Shown here: positions 27,915-41,013 of the stretch, one piece after another
Numbering within the stretch: position 1 is the stretch's first letter
How the letters are laid out: each line of letters opens with the position of its first letter
Assembly (NCBI RefSeq): GCF_009914755.1
Contig: NC_060930.1
Direction: 5' to 3' (one strand)
Source: the human T2T-CHM13v2.0 reference genome, Homo sapiens
Length of the DNA: 64,000 nt
The notes under the pieces: model-generated
What the model was told of the DNA's origin: nothing
Databases searched by the model: none
Seen by the model: only the letters and a program-made list of their open reading frames with translations
Made by a program: the position numbers and the translations under genes

Positions 27915-28716
27915 GGAGACTTGCTCATTTATGGTTTACAACACTTAAGGTTTCTCTTAGCACCAACAAGAGAGTGCTTTCACCTTAGCTTCTATAGAGT
28001 GAGGAGGGAGAACTAGCTAATAAAAACAGTGATAATAGTAGCTGCCATTGAGTGCTTACTCCATGTCCTTATGCAGATTGCTTTATATATCTGATCTCTT
28101 TTAATCCTCATTTAAGTCTTCATTAATCCCCTCATAATCCATTTTGCAGATGAGGAAGTTGAGGCTCAGAAAGTCCAGACCCTGTAGCCAGAACTAAGAT
28201 ACAAAACAAGATCTTGCTCCAAAGGCTGTATCCTTAGCCACATGTTATATTCACCTGGGGAGCTTTAAAAACACATACACAGTGTGCAGGTCCCACCACA
28301 GATGAGTTTATCAGTTCCTGGCATCAGCTCTACTTCCTAGCCATCGCCCCCTAATTCTCCAACGCAAGGCGAGGCTCAGAGCCCTCCAGGGTGGCTCAGC
28401 TGGCCCCAGAGGGCAGCAGGTGGGCCTTTCTTAGCCTATGGACCCTTACAACTCTCCAAACAGAGTAAGGGCCCAGAGAAGGACCTAGCTGCAAAATTGA
28501 TTCCATGCCATTCCCCCACCCGACTCCTGCATATCCTGCTTGCTGTCCTCACCTGCTAGGTTCTTGGTGGCCTCCTGCATGGAGTCCCCCAATTTGCTTC
28601 CCTCTGCCCTGTACCCTCTCCCTGGCTTTGCTGGTCCTGGCCAAGTGGGGCCACAGGAGCCCGAGCCCCCTGTGAGACCCACTACTGCCCAGCCTCTTAC
28701 TGTGCTTGCATTTCAG

Positions 28717-28900
28717 GCAGTGGCTTCCAAGGGACAAAGTCCTGCCCTTGGGTGTGGAAGACACCGTGGACAAGCTCAAGATGCTGGAAGGCCGCAAGAC
28801 CAGCATCCGCAAGTCAGTGCAGGTGGCCTATGACCGTGCGATGATCCACCTGAGCAGAGTCCGGGGGCCCCACTCCTTCGTCACTTCCAGCTACCTGTAA
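28717..28900 (+). CDS. BRPF3: BRPF3 last exon, coding part (end of PWWP, stop TAA)
   Basis: Acceptor tttcag|. Encodes (W)[60 protein letters not shown]. Confidence 0.96.
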
Positions 28901-31081
28901 GGGCAGGGCTGGGCCTGCATCCGCTTGCCCTGCCTCCATCCCGCAGGGCACAGAGAAGCCTCTTCTGCCCCTGCCAGATGTATGGCCGGCAGCTTCCCCC
29001 TCTCATGGTAGGCCAGGGACTGGGCTTTCTCCCCACTAAGGGCAAGGCCCCAGTTTTGACCAATCGCATGGTTCTCCTGGCAGGCCTGCTCTGTGCCAAA
29101 AACTCCCACCCAAGGTCCCTCAGGGGATATTTCACTGAAGAACCAGTTAGAAGTAGAAACAGCTGTGGGGCTTGGGCCCAGCTTAGGAGATTGCCCAGAT
29201 GGCAAGAGGTCCTGGGCTCCTTCTTGAGGGGCTGCCTGGCCCGCTCCATCCTACTCCCACTAACTACACCTCAGGGCGGGTGAGGTTCCGACACTGATCC
29301 CAGAGATGCCGTGGATACGCCAGGGTCCCAGGGGGAATCTCCCCAAGCTCACACTCTCTCCCGCTTATCGCCTATTCTCACACCTCTTCTCGGTCCCATC
29401 TTCTGCACCCATTGCCCAGTCTTGCTTTCTCTTTCCCATATTCCTTTTCTTTTTCTCTTGTGCCAAACTGACAGAAACCGTCACCACACTGGTCTTTTTC
29501 TTTAATGTCTCATTCCCCTTGAGGCCAGCTGCTATGCCAGGTGGTGTCTCTGCCAGGCTCCTCAGGCCCAGACAGAGGCCAGCCCACAACCTATGACCCC
29601 CTCCCCCAGGACACCACCTCCCACCCACAGACCTTCCCTTTAGCTGTTGACACAACTTCCCAGCTCTGCAAGTGTGCCCCCTGGATCAAGGCGGGTCCCC
29701 TCTTGTTTTTTTCTTTGCTGCCACGAGGTGGTCCAAGCCTTCAGGGTGGGCTCCTATCAGGCTGGGTGTGCGAGTGTCCATCTGTCCACATGGATGTCGA
29801 GGGTGGTTTGTGTGGAGCTGTGCTCGTCAGCTGGGTCTGCCCTCTTCCCCCTTTTCTCCTTCTTCTCTCCTCATGGACTTTTTCTGCAATTGCAGTCTTA
29901 AGCTTCACTCTCCACCACCTGGATGGCATGGCGCCTGCCACCAAACATCTTCCTGGCCTGCGCTCTGCCCTGCCCTGCCTAGCCTCTGCTACTCCCACTT
30001 CCCAACTCCAGGGAATGCATTACTTTTATTTCAAACCCTCTGCCTCCTTCCTTCTTTCTCTTCAACCCCCTCCCCACCTTCACCTTCTCAAAAATGGAAG
30101 GAAAAAAAAACTGTGAATGGGGAATGCTGACTGACAAACCAACACAACTTTCAGAGGCTTCAGTGTCTGTTCTCTGGACATTTCTTTTCACCTCCTGAGC
30201 ACCAAAGTCGCAGGGCCAGTTGCAGGCCGCTGATTGCCATGTTGATTTTTAACCTGATATTCTTTTTAATTGTTTTAAATTTTTCATAGGGGAGTTTTGG
30301 ACAAAACAGTCACTGGGGAGATCACTGCCATTTTTACACACTTGACTTTTTAAAAATACAACCAACCAACCACCACAACTTCTTATACATTTGGGACATG
30401 AGCCAGAGTTTAAAAGGGAACCAACAAAACACTATAACTTAAAAGGATGGGGTTTTGGATTTTGTATAATAATAAAAACAATACAGCATATGGCTAGGGA
30501 AGGACATGGTGTATATAATTGTAAAATACTGTTCTAAATTATTCAGGCCTATAGTTTCCATTACTGGAGTCCTCCATTGTGTGGCCACACAGTGTCGTTG
30601 ATTTAAAGGAGCCAGTGCTTCCCCTCTCCCCAGGTAGTTGGTCAGCTGTGGACTCTGTGACCTTTGTCTAAACCTGTGTTGTAAGATCTTGGGACTTCCT
30701 CTCTTTCTATGTCTATCTCTTCCCCCCAACACTTTCTCTTCTTAGTCTCTCTCTTTATTTTTCAATCTCTGAATATTTTAGTCTCTCTCTGAGTCTCATT
30801 TTTTAAAATGCTCTTTTAGAACGGGAAACGGCTCAGATCCTGCTGTGGCACGGGGCCTATGTGTCTCTGTCGCGTCTGCTGTGAAGCACATGATGCTCTA
30901 TTTATTGTAGAGAGTGACTTTATTTGCTTTCTAGAATTGTTTATAACAGATGGTATAAGAGAGGTAATAAACAGAGAAAAATCTATGCTTGTAAAGAATA
31001 CAAAAGTTAATTTTACCTACTATAATATGACTGTCTGAAACTTATTTTCTCTCTGAGAAATAAATGTTCTAATGGGCAGTA
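28901..31081 (+). other. BRPF3: BRPF3 3'UTR (approximate end)
   Basis: Repeat-free stretch after the stop codon with an AU-rich distal half. It ends ~17 nt after AATAAA 31059, followed by the GU-rich element gttgctgtgttgtgttt. Confidence 0.8.
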
Positions 31082-31100
31082 GTTGCTGTGTTGTGTTTAA
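31059..31100 (+). terminator. Distal polyadenylation signal with GU-rich downstream element
   Basis: AATAAA at 31059-31064 and GT-rich tract at 31082-31098. Further AATAAA at 30471 and 30966. Confidence 0.8.
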
Positions 31101-31180
31101 TCAGTAGGGGCCTACCCCTGTCTTCCCATTCCCTACAGCCTCCTCCTCAACAGGCCAGGACCATTAAGAAAGTTTCCTAG

Positions 31181-31506
<326 letters not shown>

Positions 31507-34067
31507 TGAGGATGTTCTCTGACTTTGCTTCCCTCCCGGACAGCGCTGGCACCTTCTGGGAGCTGTTGGAAGGTCCATCCTACCTTCCCATGCCTCGCCT
31601 TCCCTGTGGCCATGTTCCTTTAGGAGCCTCTGCTCCTCATTCAGAAGGAGAGTGACCCTTTGGACACACCTGACTTACCAAGCTTGCTGAACTTGAGACT
31701 CAAGGATGCTCACACCTCTTATGTCACTGCTGCTGTTTTAATTCTGTAGATGGGTAGCTGGGACACACACAGGGGAATATAGGCCTCACTCCTCTTAAAG
31801 CTGGAAGGCATCCTTAAGCCTACCTGGTCTTCATTTTACAGACAAGGAAACAGACCAGCAAAATTAAAAGACCAAGGTCAGCCAACTAAGAAACTGTGGC
31901 ATAATTCTGAGACAAGGATCTGGCCAAGGCTTTGTTTATGGGCTCCACAGCATTTCAAGACTCCACTGGCCTATTCTGTATCGTGTTCCTCTCTCAGTGG
32001 CTGTGGCTCTGGCATTTCTGGATAGGAATGTCCTGAAGAGCAGAAGCAGAGGGGAGTTCCCAGAGACAAACTGCTTGGTTGCTGGGCATAGAATAGCTTT
32101 TCCCCTGTCCCTACTCCTATCCCATTCTGGTCCTACCTGGCTCCTATGCTTGTCTCGGTGTGGCTGAGGACTCGGGTCTCTTGATCACTTCCTCCACGGG
32201 GCCTTTGACAGCCTTGTCATTGAAGTCAAAAAAGTGTCAAAGTTCTCATTTTGGCCTAACACTGACAAAGTACTGCCAATGTGCTGATAATCCTTGTATT
32301 ACGTGTTGGGGCTGCAAAGACACACACCCCTGGTCTCAAGACACTCACAACCTGATTTATAAGATACATCTCACATAACGCCGCATAAGGCCAGTGTGAG
32401 GGTCCCAGATATGTGGAGGCGTTTGGGAGAGACATGTTTGGTTGGGGAGTAATGAAAGCCTTCAGAAGCAGCAATTAATTCAAGCCTTGACAAATGGGGT
32501 TAGGAAAGACTTTATTTATGAATTGTAAGTTGAATTACAAAGACGTTTGCAAAATATTTACAAAATATTTAGGGTGAAATTACAAGCTCATTCTATAAAC
32601 CATTTTAGAAATAAAAGTGGCCAGATGGGTAGGATTTTAGCAGGCGAGGCTAAGAAGAGGAGACAAAGTCATGGCTCAGAAAGAGATTGTGCATATTCCA
32701 GCTCCAGTGACTAGCTGACCTCCCACGTGACTGGAACCCACCGAGGTGGCGAGCAGTATATCGGGCTTAAAAGCCCTGTCACTGTCACTCACTCTGTGAC
32801 CCTGGGCCTCTCTGAGACTGACGTAATAAAGGATCCCAAAGACAGGGCAAGGTGGGTGCCATTCATATATGGCAGGTAGCAGCATCCATTGAAAGATTTG
32901 AACAGGGCAGAGACTTGATTGGAGCTTGGCAACTAACTAAACATCAAAGTTAAAAAGCAAGAGTGTTAAGACAGGATGCTGGGTGGCTGCTGGAGGGATC
33001 GCTGTGGGTTTTGAAGGGAGGAGAAAGTGTAGGTTTTTTGATGAGTTTGTGTTGTCTATGGGACATCTAAGAAATACCTCCAGCAAACAGATGGGAGTTG
33101 AGCCCAGAATTCAGGAGAAAGATGGGAGCAGATGACAGAGATGTGGGCACAGTGGAGCCCACCTAGGCAGTTAGAAGAATGGCCAAGGACAGCAAGGAAG
33201 GCGAAGGACAGACATGAGGAAAGCCCCTTACACTTAGAGTCTGGGGTTGGGGGAAAGGGGGAGACAGCACCTTTTGAGGGGTCTGTTCTCCAGGGAGGGC
33301 CTCACAGGGAATGTCAAGCCCTCATGCCACAGATGGAGGAGAAAGGCAGGTCAGATGTGCTTAGCATCACAAGGCAGGAAAAGGCAGGGCTGGACCAGAA
33401 CTCAGCACCCACTCAGCCCTTTCTGCTCTCCACGGACTTATATATTACCCAAAGTAGGCAAAAGTGTCCTTAATAAATTTTATCAATGATGTGACTGAAA
33501 TTCATGAACTCAAGTCTAAAATGATACTGTAATATTGGGACATGTGTTGGAGACACTCTGACTCTCGGAATAGAGAATCCCATTCTCCTAACAAGTTAAA
33601 AAATATCATTGAAAGCATTTGCCAAAATCCCTTGTCAGCTTGGCTGCTTCCATTAATATATTAGATGCCATTAGCACCTGAGTGTGAATGTGCCAGTGCG
33701 TCAGATGGGCTCTCCTGACCTGGCTAGGCTCTGAGTTTCACTTTTAGAGAAGAGGTGGGGCTAGTGGCAAGACTGCCAGGCTCGGAGTAGTGCTGAAGGA
33801 GAGAGGGAGGGTGTGGGCCTTGACTACCCTGAGTCTGCAGGCCTCCCACAGTGTCTGCAGTCGGGCAATGAGTGTGCAGGTCTCTGGTCCTGCTGGCTGC
33901 AGCCTTCTGGCCTCTACTGAAGCTGGGATGAGGGAAGGAGGTCTTTGGAGGAGGGAAGTGGTTTCTCCAAAAGGTGGGGCAGAAGTTTCTTACTCTGTGA
34001 TGAGGAAGAAGGGCCAGGGAGATACGTGCTGGGCTAGAGCTGGAGAGGAGTGCTGGATCCACCCTGG

Positions 34068-34853
34068 TGATACGAGAGAAGGGCAGGGAAGTGCTGGGTA
34101 GAGAAGAATGGGGTCCCTGGTGAGGGCTTCACCCTCAGGCCTGGTCCACGGACCTAGGTGAGGACAGGCACCCTTGTTTTTGAGCCCAAATGTTGCATTT
34201 TCCAAGACCACTCTGGCCCGCCACGCCCCTGATCCTGGGCCCGTAAAAACCCCGAGACCCTAGCGGGCACACACACACAGCCGGCTGGAAGTCCAGAGAA
34301 GCAGAACACACCGAAAGGCACCAACAGATGCCGACAGGCTATCGACGACGCCACGATGACGTGAAATTTGGCACAGCGCGGTCGGAGTCCAGCTGCCGGG
34401 CAGCCCAATTCCAGGTGAAGACCACCTTCCCACTCCATCCTCCTTCTGGCCTCCCCATTCACCTCACTGAGAGCTACCTCCACTCAATAAAACCTTGCAC
34501 CCATCCTCCAAGCCCACATGTGATCCTATTTTTCTGGTACACCAAGGCAAGAACCCAGGATACAGAAAGCCCTCTGTCCTTGTGATAAGGCAGAGGGCCT
34601 AATTAAGCTGATTAACACAAGCTGTCTGCGGATGGCTAAACTAGAAGAGCATAATGTAACACACACCCACTGGGGCTTGGGGAGCTGTAAACACTCAAAC
34701 CTTAGACGCTGCAGTGGGGTCGGAGCCCACACTCCCCATGACCTGCCTGTCTGCATGCTCCCGCTAGGGGTTTGAGCTATGGGGTACCAAAGAAGTGAGC
34801 CACACCCCCATTGCATGCCCAGCGAGGGGGATAAGAGAACTTTTCCCATTTCA
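34068..34853 (+). mobile_element. LTR1-family (ERV1, HUERS-P2) solo LTR, full length
   Basis: TG...CA termini with 4-bp TSD CTGG (34064-34067 / 34854-34857). Contains acggacctaggtgaggacaggc and cccaaatgttgcatttt motifs and an internal AATAAA. Confidence 0.85.
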
Positions 34854-34933
34854 CTGGCACCTGGGGTGACCTTCTGTCTGCCCTTTCCCTTCGAGGGTGG
34901 CAGAAGGTAATTGGGGATAGACGAAAAACGTCC

Positions 34934-34959
34934 GTGTGTGTGTGTGTGTGTGTGTGTGT
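34934..34959. repeat. (GT)13 microsatellite
   Basis: Direct reading. Confidence 0.97.
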
Positions 34960-35014
34960 ACATATACATAAGTATTCTCTTCAACTTTAATAGGGCCAGG
35001 ACTCACGGGCTACA

Positions 35015-35049
35015 TGCAGTCAAACACTCTACTACTGAGCTCTACCCCC
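35015..35049 (-). pseudogene. tRNA-Cys(GCA) 5'-half retropseudogene (tailless)
   Basis: Minus strand reads GGGGGTAGAGCTCAGTAGTAGAGTGTTTGACTGCA versus human tRNA-Cys 5' half GGGGGTATAGCTCAGTGGTAGAGCATTTGACTGCA (recalled; 31/35). Flanked by tcacgggctacat / tcacaggctacat direct repeats. Confidence 0.8.
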
Positions 35050-36699
35050 ATCACAGGCTACATAGAGTCAAAAAAGCTAGTTGTCCCCAAATTTCAGAAG
35101 GGCCGTGGTGCTGTTTCTGAGAACATTTTATGTCCTTTGCTTGACACCTGTAAGGCTGGTTGGAAGAGGGTGGATTCAGTTGAACTCCTGAAGCCGTGTC
35201 TCAATCCCTTCCTCTTCCTTTCTGCCTAGTATTCGTCCGTTTGGGGGATAGAGAAGCCATACTGGGGATGCGACGTTGATGGTTCCTCATGGGCAGGGAG
35301 TATCACATAAGGGTCCAGGGGTGGGCTCCTTCCCTTCAGCTTCACAGTCCAGAGTGACGCCTGAAGGAGATTTTATCTAAGCTGGTCAGGAAAGATTATA
35401 AAATCCGTGGGGGTTTTTTGTATGTAATATGGGAAAATTTTTAAGTGCAAAGAAATTAAGAACTACCCTTTTTCTGACCACACAGAAACTACCATTTTAA
35501 TGTAATTCCTTATAGTCTCTTGTTTTTTCTAGGTAGAGCATGTATTTTAGTTTCTTGTACTAGGTAGTTGAGTAGTCTGTTACCTCTCTGACATCACTGC
35601 GGAAATTCATGGTACGACTGGGATGCAAGTCCTCCCCACGCCTCCTCAGCCTAAGTCTGGCTTTTTCTCACTTGCTGTTGTTCATGGACTGGCCTAAACC
35701 AAGCATTGCCTGTTAGTTCCTCTGTTTTGTTAAAATACTGATAGTCTCCATAGCATTTGAAATTAGATGGGAGCTATATATCTTCCTCCCAACAACTTTG
35801 CTCTCTTGGGTAAATTTCCATGGAATTCAGTCCTAGACCAAATTCTGCCCCATGTACAAACATCTAATGAGTGAGGAAGCCACCATATGGCCATATAATT
35901 CTCCTCTTGATTGAGAAGTTCCCACCTCTGCTTTTGGGTACAGCCACCAGCATCGGGAACGAAGATCACTCCACAGCAGATACAACATGCTTCCGAGGTC
36001 AGGACCAGTTAGTGGAGTAGTCAGGTCAGGAGCAGGAGGAACAGACCCCGAAGTTTGAGTATTTTCATATTTTAGATATAGTTTTACATACAGTAACTCT
36101 GGGACACAAATCTTAAGATTAATCTCTATGAGTGTTTATATGTGTACCCACCCATGAAATTGTGATCCAAATCAAAATACAGAATGTTTCCAGTGCCCTA
36201 GAAGGTTCCTCATGACCCTGTCCAGTCAGGACCCCTGCTGCAAGTGTAACTACCATCCAGACTTCCATTGCTGTGGGTTAGTGTTGCTTGTTCTTGGACT
36301 TCACATAAATGGAATGACACAGCTTGCGCTCTTTTGTGTCTGGCTTCTTTCATTTAACATTGTGGCTCTGAGCTCCACCCTGTTTTGCATGTAGCTATAG
36401 TTTGCTTTTTGTTGTTGCTGAGTAATATTCCATCATCCAAACACACCACAGTTTGGGTATCCATTCTCCTGCTGATGGGCACTGGGTTATTTCTAGTTTA
36501 GGGCTGTTATAAATAACACTGCTGTGAACATTCTTGTACATGTCATTTGATGGACATAAGTGCTTGTATGTCCCAGGAGTGGAATTGCTAGGTCACGGGG
36601 CAGATATATGTTTAGCTTTAGTGGATTCTGCCAGTTTCCCATTTGGTGTTCAATTTATATCCCCTCCTGTATGAGTCTGATCTTGCACAGCTCCCCACC

Positions 36700-37076
36700 T
36701 GTATTAGTCTGATCTCGCACAGCTATAAAGAAATACCTGAGACTTGGTAATTTATAAAGAAAAGAGGTTTAATTGGCTCACGGTTCTGCAGACTGTATAG
36801 GAAGCATGGCTGGGGAGGCCTCAGGAAACATAGAATCATGGCGGAAGGGGAAGGCGAAGCAGGCACATCTTACATGGCCAAAGCAGGAGGAAGGGAGCAA
36901 AGTGGGAGGTGCTACACACTTTAAAATAACCAGATCTGAGAACTCACTATCGTGAGAACAGTAAGGGGGAAATCTGCCCCCATGATCCAGTCACCTCCCA
37001 CCCGGCCCCTCCTCTAACACTGGGAATTAAAATTCAATATGAGATTTGGGTGGGGACACATATCCAAGCCGTATCA
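36700..37076. mobile_element. MST/THE1-type MaLR solo LTR inserted in an old L1
   Basis: tgtattagtc...gctataaagaaatacctgagact...gaaaagaggtttaattggctcacggttctgca...ggggacaca...gtatca. Confidence 0.88.
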
Positions 37077-37544
37077 GAGTATAGTTGCTTCACATCTGTG
37101 CCAACACACAGTACTGCTGGTCCATGATGTTTGCTCCAGACCTGCTTGTTGAATGACTTCCATTAAGCTCCACTGTGCAGCCAGGCTTCTGTTATCCTTT
37201 ACAGCACTTTCTGGCTTTAGAGGGAGAATTATGAACTGCCAAGGTGCTTTTCAACTGGGGAACCCTGATTGAGAGGATGGTGAGGGGGGAGAGCTCCCTG
37301 GAGTGGATTTGCTGCTGATCCTGTCCTGGACTCCAGGGCATGTATGCACCTGGCTGTGCAGCCCAGGCCTCTCTTGGCACCCACTTCTGTACTATGGTGC
37401 CACCCAGATCCCTGCATGGGCTGTTTGGGAGATAGGGTCACACTGGGCAGTCCTTTTTAGTTCAGAGTAACACTACCTTTCCCACCTCATCCTCCTCATC
37501 ACTGTCATTGGGCTCTGAGGGACCCACTTTTGCTCGAGGATTGC

Positions 37545-37901
<357 letters not shown>

Positions 37902-39420
37902 TGAGGTGTTATGGTTACCGGTGGGGCAGAAGGGACCCCTGCATATTGCACCCATTTTGTCCTTGTCCACTGGCTGTTGCCCAAAATTCTACCCTTAGTG
38001 CTTTATGCTTTTACCTCTCAAGGGCATGATACTTAGGGACTTGGCAGTGACCCTGGTTAGAGTGGGCCTGTTTTCCTTTAAATGACCGGTATCCCAGTGT
38101 GAACAAAGGATATGTGAGCAGGTTTTGATAAGGCAATACAGCAAGGACACTGAGTCCTTGAGGGGAAGGTTTAAAAGGAGATGAAAAGGGCCTACTTGCT
38201 GTTGGCTGACCTTGGTGCCACAGACGCACATTTCAGAGTCATCAAGGATGAAGGCTCAGAAGACTCTGAAGCAACTTCAAAGGAATCGCTTGGATCACAG
38301 GTGGGGTGAAGGTTGGAGATAAGAAGGCAGGGCCAGGGAAAGAGACCCAAGGGAGCCTCGTTTGGAAGCAAAGCTCTGGAAACAAAAGACTGCAGAGCCA
38401 GGGTCAACCTGGGCAACTGTTTGAAGCCAGCCCCGTCCTCAGGTGCAAGAAAGAGCATTCTCTGGGTCTAAGCCTGAGTTGTGCGCGGAGGACACAGGCT
38501 TTCCTGGGCAGGACTGCAGGCTTCTGGCTCCACTCGTGCCTGTGGCACACACAGGTTTTGATAGCCAGAGCCTGGCCAGTCCTCCTCTTTCTGCTCCCTG
38601 TCCCTCCTGGGACCAGGACTTGGCCTCTCCCCTCCACCCTCCCTTCTCTTCCTCCTTCCCTTCTTTGTCTCCTTCTCCTTAAATTTTGTGATTTTTAATT
38701 TCAATTGATTTATTGCCCCTCCTTGTCCCCAGCCTCCCAGTTCTCCTCCCCAGAGGAAACCAGTTTCACCAGTTGCATGTGTAAGTTTCCAGAGACACTT
38801 TAATCTATGCACATGAGTGATGTGTGTGTCCACTTTTTCTATACAAATGGTAGCATACTTTTTATAGTGTTCTAGGCCTCATTTAAAATTTTAAAATTAA
38901 ATATTGAGTAGATACAAAAATAGTAGTTATAGAATATATATACATTTTAAAGACACCCACAATACAATAGACCAGTATGGGTACCCACGCCCTGTTTTAG
39001 ACAAAGAAGCTGGGCTTTTGAAACCATGTGCCTCTCTCCAGCCCCACCCTCCTCTTCCCCTAAATACTATCATGAATTTTACGCTTATCCTGCCCTTTTT
39101 GTCTTTTTATAATCCTACTACTTGTTTATAATAGATTATGATAAATATACTATATTTTTATACTAAGATAAATGTAATAAACATTATATATAACAAGACA
39201 TAAATATATATAATAATTGAATATGGTATACTACCTTTTTGGGATTATGAATAGAATAGTTTTCTATGGCTGGCTTTTGTCCCACCCATAATTATAGTTC
39301 TGAAGTTCAGTGTACTGATACGCATGTCCGGAGTTAGTTCATTTTCACTCTTGTATAGAATTCCATTGCATGGAGATAGTATGATTATTTTCATTGGACT
39401 ATTTTATTTATTAATAATAA

Positions 39421-39853
<433 letters not shown>

Positions 39854-40594
39854 TAAGAACTTCTCCAGGGCATTTGCAAGGCCATTGGGAAAGTACATTG
39901 TCAACTTCAGTAGATAATGCCAAAATTTTAAAAAGTGGTTATAACCATTCGCACACCCACTAGTAGTTTGAGCATTCCCCTCACTCCACTTCTTCACCAA
40001 CACCTGCAATTATCAGCTTTTTTTTTTTTGTAGATGGATCTGTGTGAAATTGTAACTCACTGTGGTTTTAGTTTTCATTTCCCTGGTTATGCATGCTGCC
40101 TTTTTTTTACTTAAAATATGTCTTGGTGACTGTTCCGTATCAGAGCAGTGAGGACTTCCTCCTCCTTTCTTGGCTGGAAAGTGTTCCATCGTCATATGGA
40201 AATCTTGTGGTCGATTTAACCCGTTCCCTATTGATAGACGCTGTGTGGGCTCCAGCCTTTTGCAGTCGACTCTGCGATGCATAACTTCGTGTATAGATAG
40301 CAGTCTGCAGCTGCACGTGGGGGTGTGTGCATGTAGGTTTTTCACAGGAACCTCCTGAAATGCTTAGAAGAAAAGGAAAGATAGTGTTTGCTCCCCCGGC
40401 CCTGTGCCTCCCTATTTTCAACAAATTCCCTTAATTCCATGAGTGCCCCAGGGTCAGAATGGTATCCACCCTGTCCTGTTTGCACCGTACCATCTCTTCT
40501 CTCAGATGATGATGTTCATCTCCCACCCGCTTCCCTTCGAGCCACCCCCACCTCATAGACTCCTCAGGAATTGTCTCTACCCGGCATCTCTCAC

Positions 40595-41013
40595 TTTTTC
40601 TTTCTTTTTTCTTCCTTTCTCTCTTTCTCTTTCTTCCTTCCTTCCTTTCCTTCCTTCCTTCATTTCCTTCCCTTCCTTCCTTCCCTTTCTTTCTGTTTCT
40701 CTCTCTCTCTCCCCCTCCCTTCCTCCCTTCCTTTTCTTTCCTTCTTTCTTTCTTTCCTTTTTTTTTTTTTTTTTTGATCAGGGTTCTTGCTCTGTCACCC
40801 AGGCTGGAGGGCAGTGGTGCGATCATGGCTCACTGTAGCCTCAAACTCCTGGACTCAAGCGATCCTCTTGCCTCAGCCTGCCAAATAGCTAGGACTGCAG
40901 CTGCTCGCCGCCATACCCAGCTATATTTTTTGTAGAGACAGGGTCTCGCTATGTTGCCTTGGCTGGTCTCAAACTCCTAGGCTCAAGAAATCCTCCCCCC
41001 TCAGCTTCCCAAG
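40595..41013 (-). mobile_element. AluJ with expanded CT-rich (polypyrimidine) tail
   Basis: ~180-bp (TTTC/TTCC/CT)n tract at 40595-40775 running into an antisense Alu. Confidence 0.85.

Noticed and set aside
29541-30130. Overlapping 191-aa and 152-aa ORFs in the 3'UTR
   Set aside because: Low-complexity products of pyrimidine-rich UTR sequence; no homology I can recognise.
35015-35049. Functional tRNA gene
   Set aside because: Only the 5' half is present; no B box, T-arm or 3' acceptor strand.
40281-40296. ATAACTTCGT, resembling a loxP arm
   Set aside because: Only 10 nt match, there is no second inverted arm, and it is embedded in an L1 remnant; chance match, not engineered DNA.
40431-40838. 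131-aa Lys/Arg/Glu-rich and Phe/Ser/Leu-rich ORFs
   Set aside because: Translations of the CT-rich simple repeat.
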